DNA of 64,000 nt from Tubiluchus corallicola (lineage: Eukaryota; Animalia; Priapulida), in the NCBI GenBank assembly GCA_030141605.1, contig JAQGDQ010000632.1, positions 58,316-122,315 on the forward strand, read 5' to 3'. Below the pieces are notes generated by a model. The model was given only the letters and a program-made list of their open reading frames with translations, did no database searches and was not told the DNA's origin. A program made the translations under genes and the position numbers. This document shows positions 33,111 through 47,814 of the stretch, piece by piece (position 1 is the first letter of the stretch; every line of letters begins with the position of its first letter).

Positions 33111-36100
33111 CCTTAGCTGGAGCTTGTGCGTAAAAAATAATTTCCGCCAGCCGTATTTATCACCTAGCGCCCACATTTTCTCGTTCAGTTTAGTGGGACA
33201 GTTTTCTGCGTATAGCACCTTCCAAAGTTGATCGCTCCAGCATAACTAGAGAAAAAAGCATCTAAACTACCAATAGTGCACCAGCAGCACACTAGTGAAT
33301 GATGAATCTAGACACAATCATGCATGGTGAACTGTTGTGCACAACCTGAGTAAATTAGGTATAGTAGATTATAGTTGTATTGATGCCAGTCTCACCCAGA
33401 AGTTACTCTTAGAACTCTCTCATTTTGCATGATGACATGTTTTAATAAATAGTATAGTAATTTATTAAGCAGGTATGTATAGGCCAGTTTTGTCTACGTC
33501 ACTTGATGAATTTGGGAATGTCACTAGTTAAGTAGCCTATGTTATATCGTTTTATGATTAGCTAGATATGATAGGCATAAATTTGTTACTTGTTTTGATC
33601 AATTTATGCAATTTGATAAGTGATAGATTTAATAAAAGCTGAGTTTCCAATGCACATTCTTGCCCTATGGAAAGCCTTCTTTTATTATAAGTTCTTTGCA
33701 TGGGCCTAAATCTCAGAAAAAACACCATACAAGCCAGTTATTTTAATGTTTTTTTTATTTCGTATGATGATCATCAGTACAGCAATCAATGATCCGCATT
33801 ATATTCGTGTAACTAAAGGACATTAAGTAACAATACACACATTTGGACAATATAAGTAGTTAATGCCTTTCGTGAATACTGTCATTAAAATGATTATTTT
33901 TCCGCAAAATAATCGGTTCTTAGAGTTGAACATTTTTATACAAATATTCTCGCGATTTTTCAAAGCTCTTCAACTTTATTCACTGATTTTTCAAGTTCAA
34001 ATTTATTTTTACTTCGACAAAAGTAAAAATTTGTTTTTTTTGTTCGGTGCATAACTTCCTGAAAATTTACCATAAATTAGCCTGTAATTATTTCGTACAA
34101 CAATGGACTTGCCAGACTAAATAATTATCCCCTTCTGCGCAATGTTATTAAAAAACTTATAAGGACTATTTTTATATGTTACTTTAACTGTGCATAAATC
34201 ATTTGATTTGAATGCTGAAATTGTGTACTTGCATGAAATACTAGTAAACATATATCAGTTTAGTTGTAATTGTTTCAATTTTATCTGTCACTTCTCTTTT
34301 GTTAAGCCTGTACAGTATTGCAGTTAAATAAATTTTCTCGTTAGTAAAAAATTTCCTAGTTTCTCAATCACTTTCCGGCTAAAGTTTACCCCATACACAA
34401 GAAATTAGTTTGTGAAGCGGGTTAGGGTTGAGGTTCTAGTTAGGTTTAGGGTTCGAGTGTTTAAATTGTGTGGGGAATTGTAAACTCCTTCCCAGTTTTC
34501 TTTCATATCATCAATTTTGCCTTATTGATTATTTCTGTCAACTTTGGGATGGAAAATAAAGATGGAACAAAGTGACCTTGGCATTATAATGATGTGCATT
34601 GATATATACATGTATATATGTGACTATGGAAATATGGACGTTTCTTTTGCCAAAAACACAGGCATTAAGCTAGCTTGGCACTATAAAACAGGCATTATAC
34701 CAAGGTTTGACTGTATGGGTGATGACACCTATATTATGGGTGATACTTTTACTTCGTTAGGAAAGAGTTTGTACTTCCCTTACCTCTCTGAACTGTTTGG
34801 AGGTTTGACCCAAGGCAAATATTGACGTCAAGTCCAGTAAAGAGATGATCTTCAGAAGAACTTTGCGAGGAAGACGAGCTAGATAGTCAATCTGTCCAGT
34901 TACCAAATTCTTAGCATATTCTAACACATTGGGGCCAAAGACTCGTCTTATTTCACCTAAACACAAAAATTTGAATCTGGTTGTAATGCGTGTTTCTTTG
35001 TACTACAAAATTTCAAAGCCTAGTATAGGTAGTATCAGAGATTTTTATATTCATATTACATTTAAACTGGTACTATTTAAACTGCAACAAAACACTCTTC
35101 ATAAATAAAGTTTAAAAAAATTCATCTTTAAGTTTTATGTCACATTAGTGCTGCCTTATTAAACATGGGCTAGCATTGGCAGTAATGTTGTGCAAAACTT
35201 GTAAATTTAAACTCTCACGATGACCATTAGGTGCAGTCATTCTAGTGGTAAAATGTTTCAGACAAGTTTAAATAACATTGCATAAAAGTTTAAAAAATAA
35301 AGCATTCACAGCTCACGCTGCGCTAACTAAGCAAAACTACTTATTAGTTATTTTATATTGTTAATGTGTTTTTTGGTGAATTAGTTGTGCGTACTGGGAT
35401 AGCAATGCAGTAACGTTTTACCATTTGGCACAAACATTTAAATTACTGAAAAATTTCTTTTCCAATTACATAATCGTAAGCGTAATCCTAGCCAATACAA
35501 CTCTGTAAAGAAAGTTTATTTGGATATACTGTACTTTTCTTCCACATGAAATGTTAAATAAACTAGGGACATCCTACCAAAATCTCAACTTTAAACTGTG
35601 ACGTTTAAAAATATACTGAGCTTTCATCAATGCTGAGTAGCTAAATACATTTATCAGTGTTATACTATGAAGACCAGAAAATCTTACATACATCATTTAA
35701 GCAAATAGCTGTAAGCCTGTATGGGGCCACAAGAGAGGGCTTAATGGCAAGAATTAACAGTTAACCATTTTGCATATTGTATTGTGCTTATTGTACCTGA
35801 GTACGAATAAATAGTAATAATAATATAATAATAACAACTAGCTCCAAGTATGCAGAATTTTGCCACTGACTAATTGTAAGTGATAATAACCGTAAATTTG
35901 TATAGCTCCATAAACTTAATACAATAGTTAAGACGTTAATACATGTAATAGGAGCAGAGGTGTCAAAAGATCATGCGCCTGAGTGAATTTGAAGCAGCTA
36001 AGCTAGACTGGTACCAGGATTATTTACCATGCATCTTCTCATCGTACATGAAATCTTCAAATGTGTCAGTGGTTTCACCAGGGCTTAGTCTGGCTTCACT

Positions 36101-38228
36101 GGATCTGGGTGTAATCTTCCAAGATCTAAAGTATACCTAGAAAACATTTCAATGATAATTTGGTAAATTCTAACTTAATTTCTCTTGATTAGTAAAGCTG
36201 AATTAACAGTAAATACAGGGTGGTAGTGGCAAAATTATGTTTTAATATTCCACTGGAGGCCAAACTGATGTATATATATATATGCTACATTTTCCAAGAG
36301 AGAAAAAAGGTACCAAGGCCTAACATAGCACAAAAAGTGCTGGTTTTCTGCACATCCGGACTTGTATATCACTGGGTTAATTTATGAGTCTGCTACTAGG
36401 GTACTGCTGAGGCCCTAACTTTTTATATACTACTACTTTTTCCAAGGAATTTAAAACATACCCTCACACAATACAGAAAGTGCTGTTTTTCAGTCTTTCA
36501 GTACACGCAGTTTAATGCTAATCTTGCAAAATCACTGAGTTAATTCACAAGTCTACTACTAGGGCATTGATAACGTTTTTAATTTTTTCCGATTTTCTGA
36601 TTATTGGCATTCTTGCTGGCAATTTTAACCAACAACCAACAGTATAGTGTGCATTTAATTAAAGTTTTACCCTGAAGATGGAACCACCGACTAAGTAATG
36701 GAGGATAGTACCATAGTACTATTAACTAACGAAGCAAGTAAATATTTGTCGTGTGAAATACAGATACTATAACGGGTAAAACAAATAGTGAGCTATCATT
36801 GAAGTTAGTACTTTAGCAAAAATAAAGACAGATTGTTATGTTGGTGTTACAATACACTTGAATTGAAAATGATATCTGATACGATATCGTATAAAATTAT
36901 TCTGAACGATTTTAATGAAATATGCAGCATTTTACGGTGACTTCACCTGGTAGTCTGACTTTATTGCTGAAGTACAGTAATAATATACGTATCAGCGTAG
37001 AAAATCGAAAATATGAATGCTGCAAGTCTTTAAAATAGAATTCTATAAATAATTTGCTAGGCACAAACCTTAGAACTTTATGTAATGTTGCAGATAACAG
37101 GGTACATGTAGGCGGCATGCAACATACACTAAGTTACTAACTTACTAAATTATTTAAACAGACTATCAGTAAACAAACACTATTTTGGAATAAAAAACAA
37201 AAATGAACCAAGGCAACCAGCTCCTGTCGTTTTTGATCAAAAGCAAACAAAATGATTTCGCTGATATGAAAGTCTCATCTCAAAAAGGATCTCAATCCTA
37301 TCCAAAAAGTCAAAAGCATTGAGCTGAGCCACGCACTTTTTGTGTACTCTGTGGACATACAAAATTACAAAAATATTGCCCCCTCATTACTGTTAACAAG
37401 CCACTACCTGGTTACTGATTTTGAAATTTTAAGCTAGTGAATCACAATTTTATGCACGTCTTTTAGCCTCTCGGTCACTTTATTGTAAACGGCGCAATCT
37501 TGTCATTTCTATAGTCTAGTTGTTTATCTTTCATATACAGTACTAACACTATAAGTAATCATTATAATAACACTACTAGATGTTGTTTTTGTCTTGAATC
37601 AATGAATGTTTAGTCTTTCGCATGTTGCAGCTTTGTATCTTCGATCGCCATTGGGCTCCAGTTTTGCAAATGGAAATACACTAATTTATGTAAATCAAAT
37701 ACTATTATGTGTATGTAACAACCTTAAATGCATGTGTATTTATATTGTCCCATTGGGTCTACACATCAGCTTTTGATCATTTGTCTTTTATTTAAATTAT
37801 TGAATTAGTTGTTACTAACGTAGTATACGTTTTATAAATTATAGCGTTATTAATGTATTCTTATATTTGTAAACAGTGTATGTATTGTGTGAATAGTAAT
37901 TACTCAATAAATATCAAATATCTAGGCCTATGATATGATCTGTTATAAAATACACAAGTTTGTGTTTTATTGTGATCAATGAAATCTGGCTTAAAATGAA
38001 TCTTTACTTTAGTATTATGTACAAATCCATCACCTATCTGTCACAACCAACGAATAAAAATGTTTAAAAATTAGCCTAATTGTTATATAATTATATCTAG
38101 CTATTAACTGTAATAGAAAAATACTGCACTTTGTCGGTTGAGATGTACAACTGAAAAAAATCCTTTGATGGAGGTGGAGCTTGACCACTACAATCAAGAA
38201 GTTCACCGTCTTTTATTAGCGACGCCAT
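33111..38228 (-). CDS. FBXO36: F-box only protein 36, at least 4 coding exons, 3' end unresolved
   Basis: Minus-strand exons 38228-38130 (MASLIKDGELLDCSGQAPPPSKDFFQL), 36136-36028 (VYFRSWKITPRS..DFMYD), 34956-34784 (F-box DYLARLPRKVLLKIISLLDL), 33245-33111 (LCWSDQLW..GWRKLFFTHKLQL); all GT-AG and in phase. Confidence 0.9.
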
Positions 38229-38359
38229 TGTTGGTTGTTAATAGAAATCTTTGGTAAGAACAATGCGTTTGCGTTGTGCAACAATATAACTTCTGTGGCA
38301 ACTTCGGAGCACTTTTCGCGACTTGTGCCATATCCTTTATCTTGCGGAGCCATCGCGTT

Positions 38360-38763
38360 TGTGAGTATCGAAACTTCGACTTCGAATGTCCGAATTAGAT
38401 TCGAACGAAATTTTTAGTTCGAATTCGACTCGAACCTAAAACTACAGACTCGAATAATTCAGCAGTTCAACAATGTAGTTACGTTCTTTATCAGTATCAT
38501 TAATTCGCTTGAACCATCATGCAATCAGAACGCACAATTTTGCTGCTATTTCAGTGAACAATTTTTCAAATAATTATTAGAGCTTTTACTTCAGACAAAA
38601 TCCAGTAATAATAATCTTCGTGACACCGCTATTTATTAGCGATTCAAAAATTCTTGAAACTGAAATCGGATTCGAAAATGTTGAAATTCAGTTTGATTCG
38701 AGTTCGAAAGCGTCAAACTCGATTTGATTCGAATTCGCTTTCTGGTAGAGAATGCTCACCCTA
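38360..38763. mobile_element. Degenerate MITE with clustered TTCGAA/TCGA subterminal repeats
   Basis: tcgaa-rich blocks at 38368-38455 and 38665-38740. Confidence 0.5.
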
Positions 38764-39915
38764 ACACAAAAGTCATGACTGTAGTTTGATATTGGTGCTG
38801 CTAATTCTCATAATGAAACAATTATAGAAGAACAAAAGATCTCATAGTCCTTGCAGGCAAAATTGAAAAACTTTGTGCGTAGACACCATACAGACTGTAT
38901 TTTTTGTTCCTACAATTTTTATTTTGAATATTTGAATCTCTAATACTCACTCATTGGCAGTTTTGCTGATTGAACCTTTAAATTTTGAACAATAAACTTG
39001 GATATGACAAGGTGTCGGTAATTCAGTTCAGAGTTTTGTAGCAACTTGCAAGCAGATTGAAATGATGACGATTTATGTTTCCAAACTTCGCTAAAATAAT
39101 AATGTTGTCACTATTTTGGTTATTTGATACGTTTAACCTAACAAAATTGTTACAATTTTATCAAGTCACGTGCATTTTACACGTACGTCTATTTGTGTGT
39201 TTCTTGTTGAATTTCATTTTCTTTACTTGCGTAAAGTTTGCCTTACAATTTATAATGGCATTGAACATCAAATAGATTAATTCAACTTGTTAGCTAGGGC
39301 GTGAAGCATCTGTTGTTGTCTAGGAGTTCATCGTTCCACTTTTGATTCACAACACGTTTCAAATTCATTATTCAGAAGAAGCAACACGCCGAATAAGAGA
39401 AAGGCTGCACACGGGTAGCATTTATTGACTAGTAACTTGAGCTTGAAAAAAGCGAAAAAGATCGTAAAAAGCTTTTTCTCAAAAGAAAACGAACTTCGCT
39501 CAATAGCAACAGGTCAGCGAAATGTTAGTTCTATTCTGAGAAAAATTTGGAAGCGTACCGGTTATTGGGGGGGGGGGGTGGCTTGAGAATTTGAAAACGA
39601 AAAAGTAATAGCTGTCATTAAATTTTTGCAAATCGCTGCATCTTGAATCACCAGCGTCACAAATCCCCGTGTTTAACCTTGATAAGAGTAAAATAAAATT
39701 AATCCTGCAAAAAGTTTTACAATAATCAACGCAGCTTTCTATTGTAACAAGCGTTATGATAGGCTCTAATGCCATCTACATCACTGACGCATAACAAACT
39801 CTTCTGGTTTTGGCAGAACTGCGGTATTCACAGAGAAGTAAAGAAAAACTGAAACAAGTAAGTGAACAGACAGACAATGTACATTGTACATGTCTAAGAG
39901 AGACTGGGTGGAAAG

Positions 39916-39973
39916 GGAAGAGAGAGAGAGAGCGCGAGAACGAGAAAGAAAAAGAGAGACAAGAGCGAGAGAG
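39916..39973. repeat. GA-rich microsatellite
   Basis: agagagagagagcgcgagaacgagaaag... Confidence 0.8.
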
Positions 39974-40494
39974 GAACGGGGAAGACACAGAATAACTGAT
40001 CGTCTAATACAAAAGCGTTTAATAATCAGGTGATCCCTTGGTTAGTGTGCAAGGGATTTCACTCCTGCTAAGTTAAACAAAAGTGGCAAACACCTAACAC
40101 CTATTCGATCTAGTTTTATTTCAACATTAGGCCAGTAATCAATTTGTCATGATGAATTAGCAGTGACCTTTAACAAGGAAGCTATGTCAGAATTTTCTTT
40201 GGATTTTATGCCATTTAAAGCTTTGGATTCTATCACTCATATGGATCTGTTACTAATCGTACAACTATGACTTTATATTAGAAGTTGAGATGTATCGTGT
40301 GTAACACGAGGTTGAAAACGAAGTTGAAATGGATTCAAAACTAGTGACATTTGCCGTTTTTTTGTTTTACCGGTGATTATACTATAATAAAAGCTGTTAT
40401 TGTGAATACAGATATACAAAATAAAGCATGCGGTTTTAATTAGCCTGACAGTACTGAACACAATAGCATCAAATTTAAAATTATATATTTATAA

Positions 40495-40670
40495 CTATGG
40501 AACGCTAGAGTGGAATTTAATGGCATTTAAACGCGTGATTTTTTAATATTCAAAAATTATTTATTAATATAAGTAAATGAATTCTGGATATTCAAAATTG
40601 ATTTATAAATATAAAAAATATTTTATTAATATTCAAAAATAAGCATTAAACTCCACTTTGCGTTCCATAG
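40495..40670. mobile_element. Short MITE
   Basis: ctatggaacgctagagtggaatttaatg ... cattaaactccactttgcgttccatag; internal ttaatattcaaaaat repeats. Confidence 0.8.
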
Positions 40671-43600
40671 AAATATAACGACATAAAATCATAACAAGTA
40701 ATCTACTTTTACACTTTTTACACTTCAAAGATTCTCTTAGTATGAAAATGATCATGCAGTAAAAATACCTATAAAAAATCGAAGTGCAACGGTAATCAAA
40801 AGTTTAACAACAATAAAATAGTTCTCCTATTTTGGAACAGACCGATGCAGTACCATTGCAATGCATCTGTATCTGATACTTGTACATTATCAGCATTAAT
40901 TTCGCTTGTATATTTTGATGTCTATATAACGCGAGCACTTAGTGGAAATAATGCCAATAAATGCTTATTGTAAAAAAATGCTCATGCGTTATCCATTTTA
41001 CTACAATTATTGATCTCAATGCAGCTACTAACTACTGGGTATACAAATATAATTGCCTTGTTCACAGTTTTTGACTATTCGCAATAATTATTATAGACGT
41101 TTAGCGGTTTAAAAAACTATTTCGGTCAGTTGGGCAGTGACAGTAAAATGGGAAAGTGTGTAAGTTCCGCGATAGTTCATTGCCATACTTTCATTCATGC
41201 TGCTATCCCTACGTGCAAAACTTCACCCAAATACTCACTGACAATAGGTGCGTGTACCAGGTTCAGCAATGGTAGCATTACTGATGACCCCGATATCTGT
41301 TCCTAATTATCTTTCCACCTCGTTCCCAGCATACTCACTTTCATCTTCTAAAACTTGCCTGTTCAGACAGATGTGTGACAGTCAGCTCTGGGAGCGTGGT
41401 GTGACATTCTAGTAGTTCTGCGTAAACTGCTTAAGTGTGGCACATGTGTACAAACAATACACTGATATGTACGCGGTGCGTCCTGTGTTTGCTGATTTCA
41501 TTAACTCGTGTGGTACTTAGTTGGAATTGAATCGTTTTATCCTCTTCACTTTTCAAACGGCATTAATTAGAATAGGAAGTAACCCCACTGGCACAATAAC
41601 TTTAGACATAGAAATGCGTGCGAGGACTGCTTGTCGGTGTTCATTACGGAAGTTAAATTTGCGCATTTTCGTCATGCAATAAATCAAACGGGATCAACAA
41701 GCGACACAAATAATTAACAAAGTATTAAATTCATTTCCTGGCTCAGATGAACTAGACCTACTCCTCGTCGACCTAGACCTGAAGTCGTATTCGCTAATTA
41801 GTGTACTTGTAATTAGTAATTACCCGTGTACCGTTTACCTGGTGACAAACGACCTCATTAATTATTTCTCGCTCTACACAAAACCGCGCTCTTCAGTGCC
41901 TTTCAATACTAGCAAATCTATTATATAATCTCAGTTTAATAATCATTTATTATATTAATGATAGAATAAATAAACAATTGCTAAACTTTGTGTGACTGAA
42001 AGAAAGAAAATGCGAAAAGTTGGGTCAAACTGAGCCTGCGAGGATTTGAACAGCATTGTAAGCCTCCGGGCAAAGCAGCGGTTTCGGAACCCTACATTTA
42101 CACAACCACTCACAGGAATAAAAATGAAAATGGGCTGATCAAATTAAACATATATTACATTGTATTATTACTTCCAAAAAATCATTGGTTCAAACACCAA
42201 AAACATACTGTACACAAAGATACAATACAAACATTTCAGCAATATAACAGGCATGCGACTTGGAAAACAAACATTTCAACACGATAGCAAAGTCCCGTCA
42301 TGCATAGATTAGCATGGGCTCCTATGCTTGTGGGGGCCTGGGTAATTGCCCAGCTTGCCCATGCGTTTAATACACCCTGGAACCAGGAACATTATAGTTG
42401 ACAATTCCAATACTATGATTATTAGACTACAAACACCTTATGATAAGGATAGGTTGCAATTCTCAATCAATTCTTCCAATCAGTCATAACTTACTTCAGC
42501 CAAATTTGACATGAAGATTTCAATAATTATTAGTTTTTCCTTCAGCAGTGCAAAATCTGAACTGTGGTTGTCAAATAGACACTTGTTATTCATATGATAC
42601 AAAAAGTTACTTATTATGAAATTATATTTACCCGTAAACATATTCACCTAAATTAAAGCTTTAAGTACTAGTGTGACATTTTGCTAGTTTATCTCATACA
42701 GACGTAAAGTTTGTTAAGAAAGATACTTTCACTAACAAATTATACAATCGACCATTCGTAAAAATTTTTTATCCACGTAGATACATTATCGACTTCTTAA
42801 AATGTGTTTCAGGAATCTTACCTTCTGTCTTTTTGGTCTATTGTAGTTTGACTGGCTAAGCATTTTTTAGTGTCCGACACTGTGTGATTAGACACTTCAC
42901 ATATAGAATCGCTGCAGTCAGACTACATGTACAATTGCTGGCTTACATACAATTGTTTTTATAATTAATTATGTTGTGAAACTGTGCAAATGCAACCCGG
43001 GCATTCCCATCCAATGCTACTTGCAATCAATTTCTGACCTACTCCTGCATGCCAAACGCAGTTTAGTTCAGTTCTGTCCAGTACAGGTAAGAATGATCCA
43101 GTCAAGTCTAATCCAGTCTGGTTCAGTCCGTTCCACTGCAGCCAAATCCAGGCGATGTCAGTCTAGCGTAGTTCACAATAGCTTTTTGGACCAATTCATT
43201 TAAATTCACACCAGCTTCAGTAGAGGTGGGACAGTGCAAAGCCACAGACTGAATTTGTGCAAACAAAAGTAATACAGTTATTTAAAAAGATCTGTTATCA
43301 TCAGTTACTGAAAGTGAACTGTCCTGTTAGCTACTTCTGTGCTGTTCTATCCAATCTCGCAGCGTACCACCCGCCCCATTTGTCCTACTCTGCCCTGTCC
43401 CGCTTGTCCTACTCTTCCGTATCCACTTGTCTTACTCTGTCCTACCTTACCCTGCGTTAGCATTAGCGGTCTTGTGCAAAGGTAAATAAGGTAATACAAG
43501 ATGGGACAGCAGGACAGAGTAACCACAATTATTATATTTTCCACTTATTCGTATCTCAACACTTTGACATGCCTAATTCAGTCCACTGAATCCGGAGCAA

Positions 43601-44189
43601 GCTTTAGAAAATTGCGGAGACTAATCAGTGTAGCCGGAAGACCCAGTCAAAACCTTTACAGCTAAAACCTAGGCGTCTTGCAACTATGAGCACCCTCCCA
43701 CCGAGACTCCGGGCGGAACTCCGTCACAACAGGTGCATAACTTGCATTTTGTCAGATCAGAAGACTTCTCTAGGCTGTCGTGATAGCTAACAATAATTAT
43801 GTCTCTCGTTTCTTGCCGTTGAAATATGTTTTTTTTCTGATAATCCTATACAATTACAATGTTGCCGGTTCTGCTGATATTGTCGTTCACGTCATTTTGC
43901 AGTAAAACGCCAGAGAAACGAACAAAGAGACGATTTTTGTAAAAATGAACTCGCTAGAGTCCGGTGTGCCTCACGTTAGCTCTACGGAATAGGTGCTGAG
44001 ACATTAATCGCGCCTGTCGGTCAGCCATTTAAACAGACGAGCCAAGCGGTTTGATAACCGATATGAATGCTGATGTACAGTGGCTATGTAATGGATCGAA
44101 CCATTACAATGTGGAGGGGGTGAAAGTAAATTGCTTCTTCGTCGTAACAGTCGATGAATATAAGACTGCCAAGTCATGAGTAGTGATCC

Positions 44190-44460
44190 CTCTGTCTTGT
44201 CCTGTTCTGTCCCGTCTTGTCTTGTCTTGTGATGTCCTGTCCTGTCTCGTCCTGTCCTGACCTATCCTGGCCTATCATGTCTGTTCTGTCCTCTTTCTTG
44301 TCCGTTTCTGTCTTTCCCATCATGTTCTACTCTGTCCTACCGGTTTTGTCTCTTCCTGTCTTGTCCTGTCCTGTCCTTTCCCGTCCTGCTTTACTCTGCC
44401 CTACCCTGCCTGCCCGGTACTGCCCTGTCCCGTCCTTTCCAGTTCCTGTCTTGTTCTAAT
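44190..44460. repeat. Degenerate (CCTGT/CTTGT)n pentamer tract
   Basis: gtcttgtcctgttctgtcccgtcttgt...; similar decayed pentamers at ~43060-43230 and ~43340-43455. Confidence 0.85.
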
Positions 44461-45686
44461 GTCTTTTCTCCTACTAGCACCTAAACTTTCAAGCACACTT
44501 GTTCAGTTTCTCCGACTGCATCATACAATTTCCAATACGTGTTCTGCTTCGCGGACGGTTTTGGCCCATCTCCAAAGCTATCTTTGTAGACGTCTTTTCT
44601 TTTCCCGCCCCAAGTCGTCTGGTTGAAGACTCATTATTTGTAATAAGAATGTCACCATTTTTCAATAACTATCACTATGTGAACTAAACTTACACGCACA
44701 GAATAAAATTGTAAAAGTTTCATACTAGCATGCCCATTCTTAGGACTGTTGTTCTAGCTCAAACCTACACCTGAACTCTTCACAATTTCGACTGGAACAT
44801 GTTTTCTTTACTGGGATCAACCGGAATATAACTAATAATTTGCATGAGAAAAATGCCTCGAGGCTCGGTGAAGGACAACCTGCCCTCCCGGCCCTCGATA
44901 TAGAGAGTGAAAACGCTCGGAATGTAGAAGTGAAAGGAGCGAAACAGAGCGGAACGAACAATGAACTGCTTGAAAGAGAATGTGTTACGATGAACTCATC
45001 TGTACTCATTCTGCAGAGACATTCAAGGCAAACCTTTGCTATTATAGTAATTGCCTTGGGACATGAAAAACTCCATTATCTGTTACGTTAGTAAATCACT
45101 TTTGCTTTTTATATAACGATGCGCGCGCAGGGGCAAAATAATTCGTCTGCTGCACTGCATCAGATGTCTTTTGCAGATTTTCCATCTTTTTAAACAATAA
45201 GAACTCTTTTCATTTCCTGTTCATTCAATCACTCCTTTCCTCTGTTTCTTTTTCCCCATCGTTTTTATTGTTAGATAATTATAAATAAACATTTATATTT
45301 TAAATATATCGACGAACGACTTGGACCTAGATTAGAGTAAATCCATTATTTTTAAGACAAGTCAGATGAAATATTAACTGTTCAGATGCAAATTATGGAG
45401 AAATGTAGACCATTAATGCAAAGATATTTCAGGTATTGTAGTCAAGCATCAGTATATATTTACCTACATAAATTGAAGAGAAACAAGTATTGCGAAATAG
45501 CAGGTTAAAATACTGGCAGTCTTTCTACCCTTTCCCATTATTCGTTTTATCGAATCATTATGTTAATATTCCTGCTACTTATGTTCTATTATTACATATA
45601 AAGGTTTGGGCATTAAAGAGAAAATATACGCATGAAAAAAATCATTTTACAGGAATTAAGCAAATGTCTATATATATATATATAGT

Positions 45687-46200
45687 TTAAACGAAGACAG
45701 GATGATTTTTCATATACTTCCCTATTTTCAAATCCGATAAAATGTATACATTTTAACACAACTAATACTGCAAAAGCGTTTCTGATAATTAAATTGTAGA
45801 TTAAAAACTTAATTAACGGCGGGCAAGCCCAACTATTGGTGCATCATAAACTAACATAATTCTCAACAGCAAAAATATTCTACATTCGCGTTGCGCGTGT
45901 TTGTGAAAACGAAGATTGAATGTACAGTTAATGTACAGAAAATTGTATGTTACTACTGTAGTCTGAACTGAGAGGTACAGCACCTATTTTTTTGTGCAAT
46001 GCATTTCCGAAATGCAAGCTTTAATGCCCGTCTAACTAGCAAATCGCGAAACGCATGAACTAGTGGCGTGAACGTGAAATTGTGTTTATTCTTTCGCGCA
46101 AGTCGTTTTTTAAAAAACAGTAGGTTTCCTTTCAGTATTTTAAAGAATAGATTGCTTTGACCTGCAGTTTAAGAATGGGTTCGGCTCGGCTTTCTTTTAA
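45687..46200. mobile_element. Dispersed TTAA-bounded repeat family, copy 1
   Basis: gaagacaggatgatttt...tttctgataattaaat...aaaacttaattaacggcgggc is shared with 51672-52291 and 59612-60191. Confidence 0.8.
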
Positions 46201-46841
46201 AATATTATAATGTAGGCGCAAAGGACTCATAAAAAAGACAAAGACAGAGACAAACACAACATTTATTTACCGTCGCTTGTTGAACAGACAACATTAGCTG
46301 ACGGCTATTTAGCGACTTGTAAACATCCATATTATGAAATCCAGAAGTACAAGAAAACATAATTACATGCAGTAAAAAAGCAAACAAATAGGTATAATGT
46401 CTCTTTGCGTATATAATCAAAAATACAAACGTGTGTTAAACAAATACGAATTTGCATCCATTAATGCACAAAACACATCACTAGAAAATACAAATACAAC
46501 TCCACGCTAATCAGCCGTTTACTACAAAACAAATGAAAACAAATGAACTTCCAAAATCTAAATATGGGTTTTTGACGAGAGACTAAACTACATTGTATAG
46601 GCACAGAATTATATAAAACATTTTCATACTTTTAGTTTTCCTAAAGCTTGTCACCTAAAAGATCATAAAATAAACGTTTTGAAATCAAGTGATTCCAATT
46701 TTGAGATTAATAAAAAGCAGTCCCCATGCTCCACGTCAATAGCTCTAGCTATAAAAAGCAAGTTCTGTAAAAGCTTTGAAAGTTCTAACACTGTAGTCGA
46801 TTTACTTTTTTTCAACTATACCTTATGTAAGTACTAACTAG

Positions 46842-47236
46842 CAGGGCCTATTTCAGCCTAGGCGAGGCCCGGGGAAGTGGGGCGTGTGAGGCCCCATCAG
46901 GGGGAAGCGCCGGGGGGCTGGCGCTACCATGGTTGGCGCCTAGAAAATTTTTGAACTGCTAGAACGCCGGAGGAGCATTTTCGAAGAGAAAATATGGAGT
47001 TATACCGTTGTTAAAGGAAAGAACAATTGAAAGAAAAACTGCTTTTTTACTCAAGACCAGTCCTTAATACTTGTCAATACTGGCAAACGGCGCGTATGCG
47101 GCGAGAGAGAGTATGACAGGGAGAGAGGAGGCAGTATGTTCGCATAAAGCAAAAAATGTTATCTTGGCGCGAAGCCCCCATGGAGGGTGAGGCTCCGGGG
47201 AAGTATCCCCACTTCCCCCCCTTGACATAGGCCCTG
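46842..47236. mobile_element. hAT-family MITE
   Basis: TIRs CAGGGCCTAT ... ATAGGCCCTG; 8-bp target-site duplication ctaactag / ttaactag. Confidence 0.88.
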
Positions 47237-47814
47237 TTAACTAGACCTGGCGATGCTTCACTTTAAGAGTTTTGCAAAACAGCTATTTAATGAATGTTTC
47301 TACTACGTTAACCTTCGCCAGGGTCTATCTATGGTCAGCTGACTGTGACTACAGCACAATCAGCTATAAAACTATAAAAATCCTAATATACATAACAATA
47401 TTGCTCTCAAAAAGATACCAAAATCGACAGACCCTGAAAACAAGTTACCAACGGTCGCTATAGCAACCTCACGCTGAGTTCATTCATCCTTTGCAAACTT
47501 AATTTCTCATTCCTCTTTTACGACGTTTGACACGTCTTGTAATAGCGTTATTTTCATGGGTGGCTATTAAAAGCCTATATATTAAGTTGAAATTATGATG
47601 TAATTTGGGTGGAAAGAAATTCTGCTGGCATTGCACTGAGGGATGTCAACGACCCGACGAAGAAATGTTGTCGCAGAGAGAAGAATGGCTGGTGACTCAG
47701 ATTCCCCGGATCACTTCAGTTGTAAAATTTCGTCTCAAGTCTACGCAATTATCTTGATTCTTGCTATTTTGAGGACAAGAGTCTCGGCAGACCAGATCAT
47801 TAATCCTTATCAGT

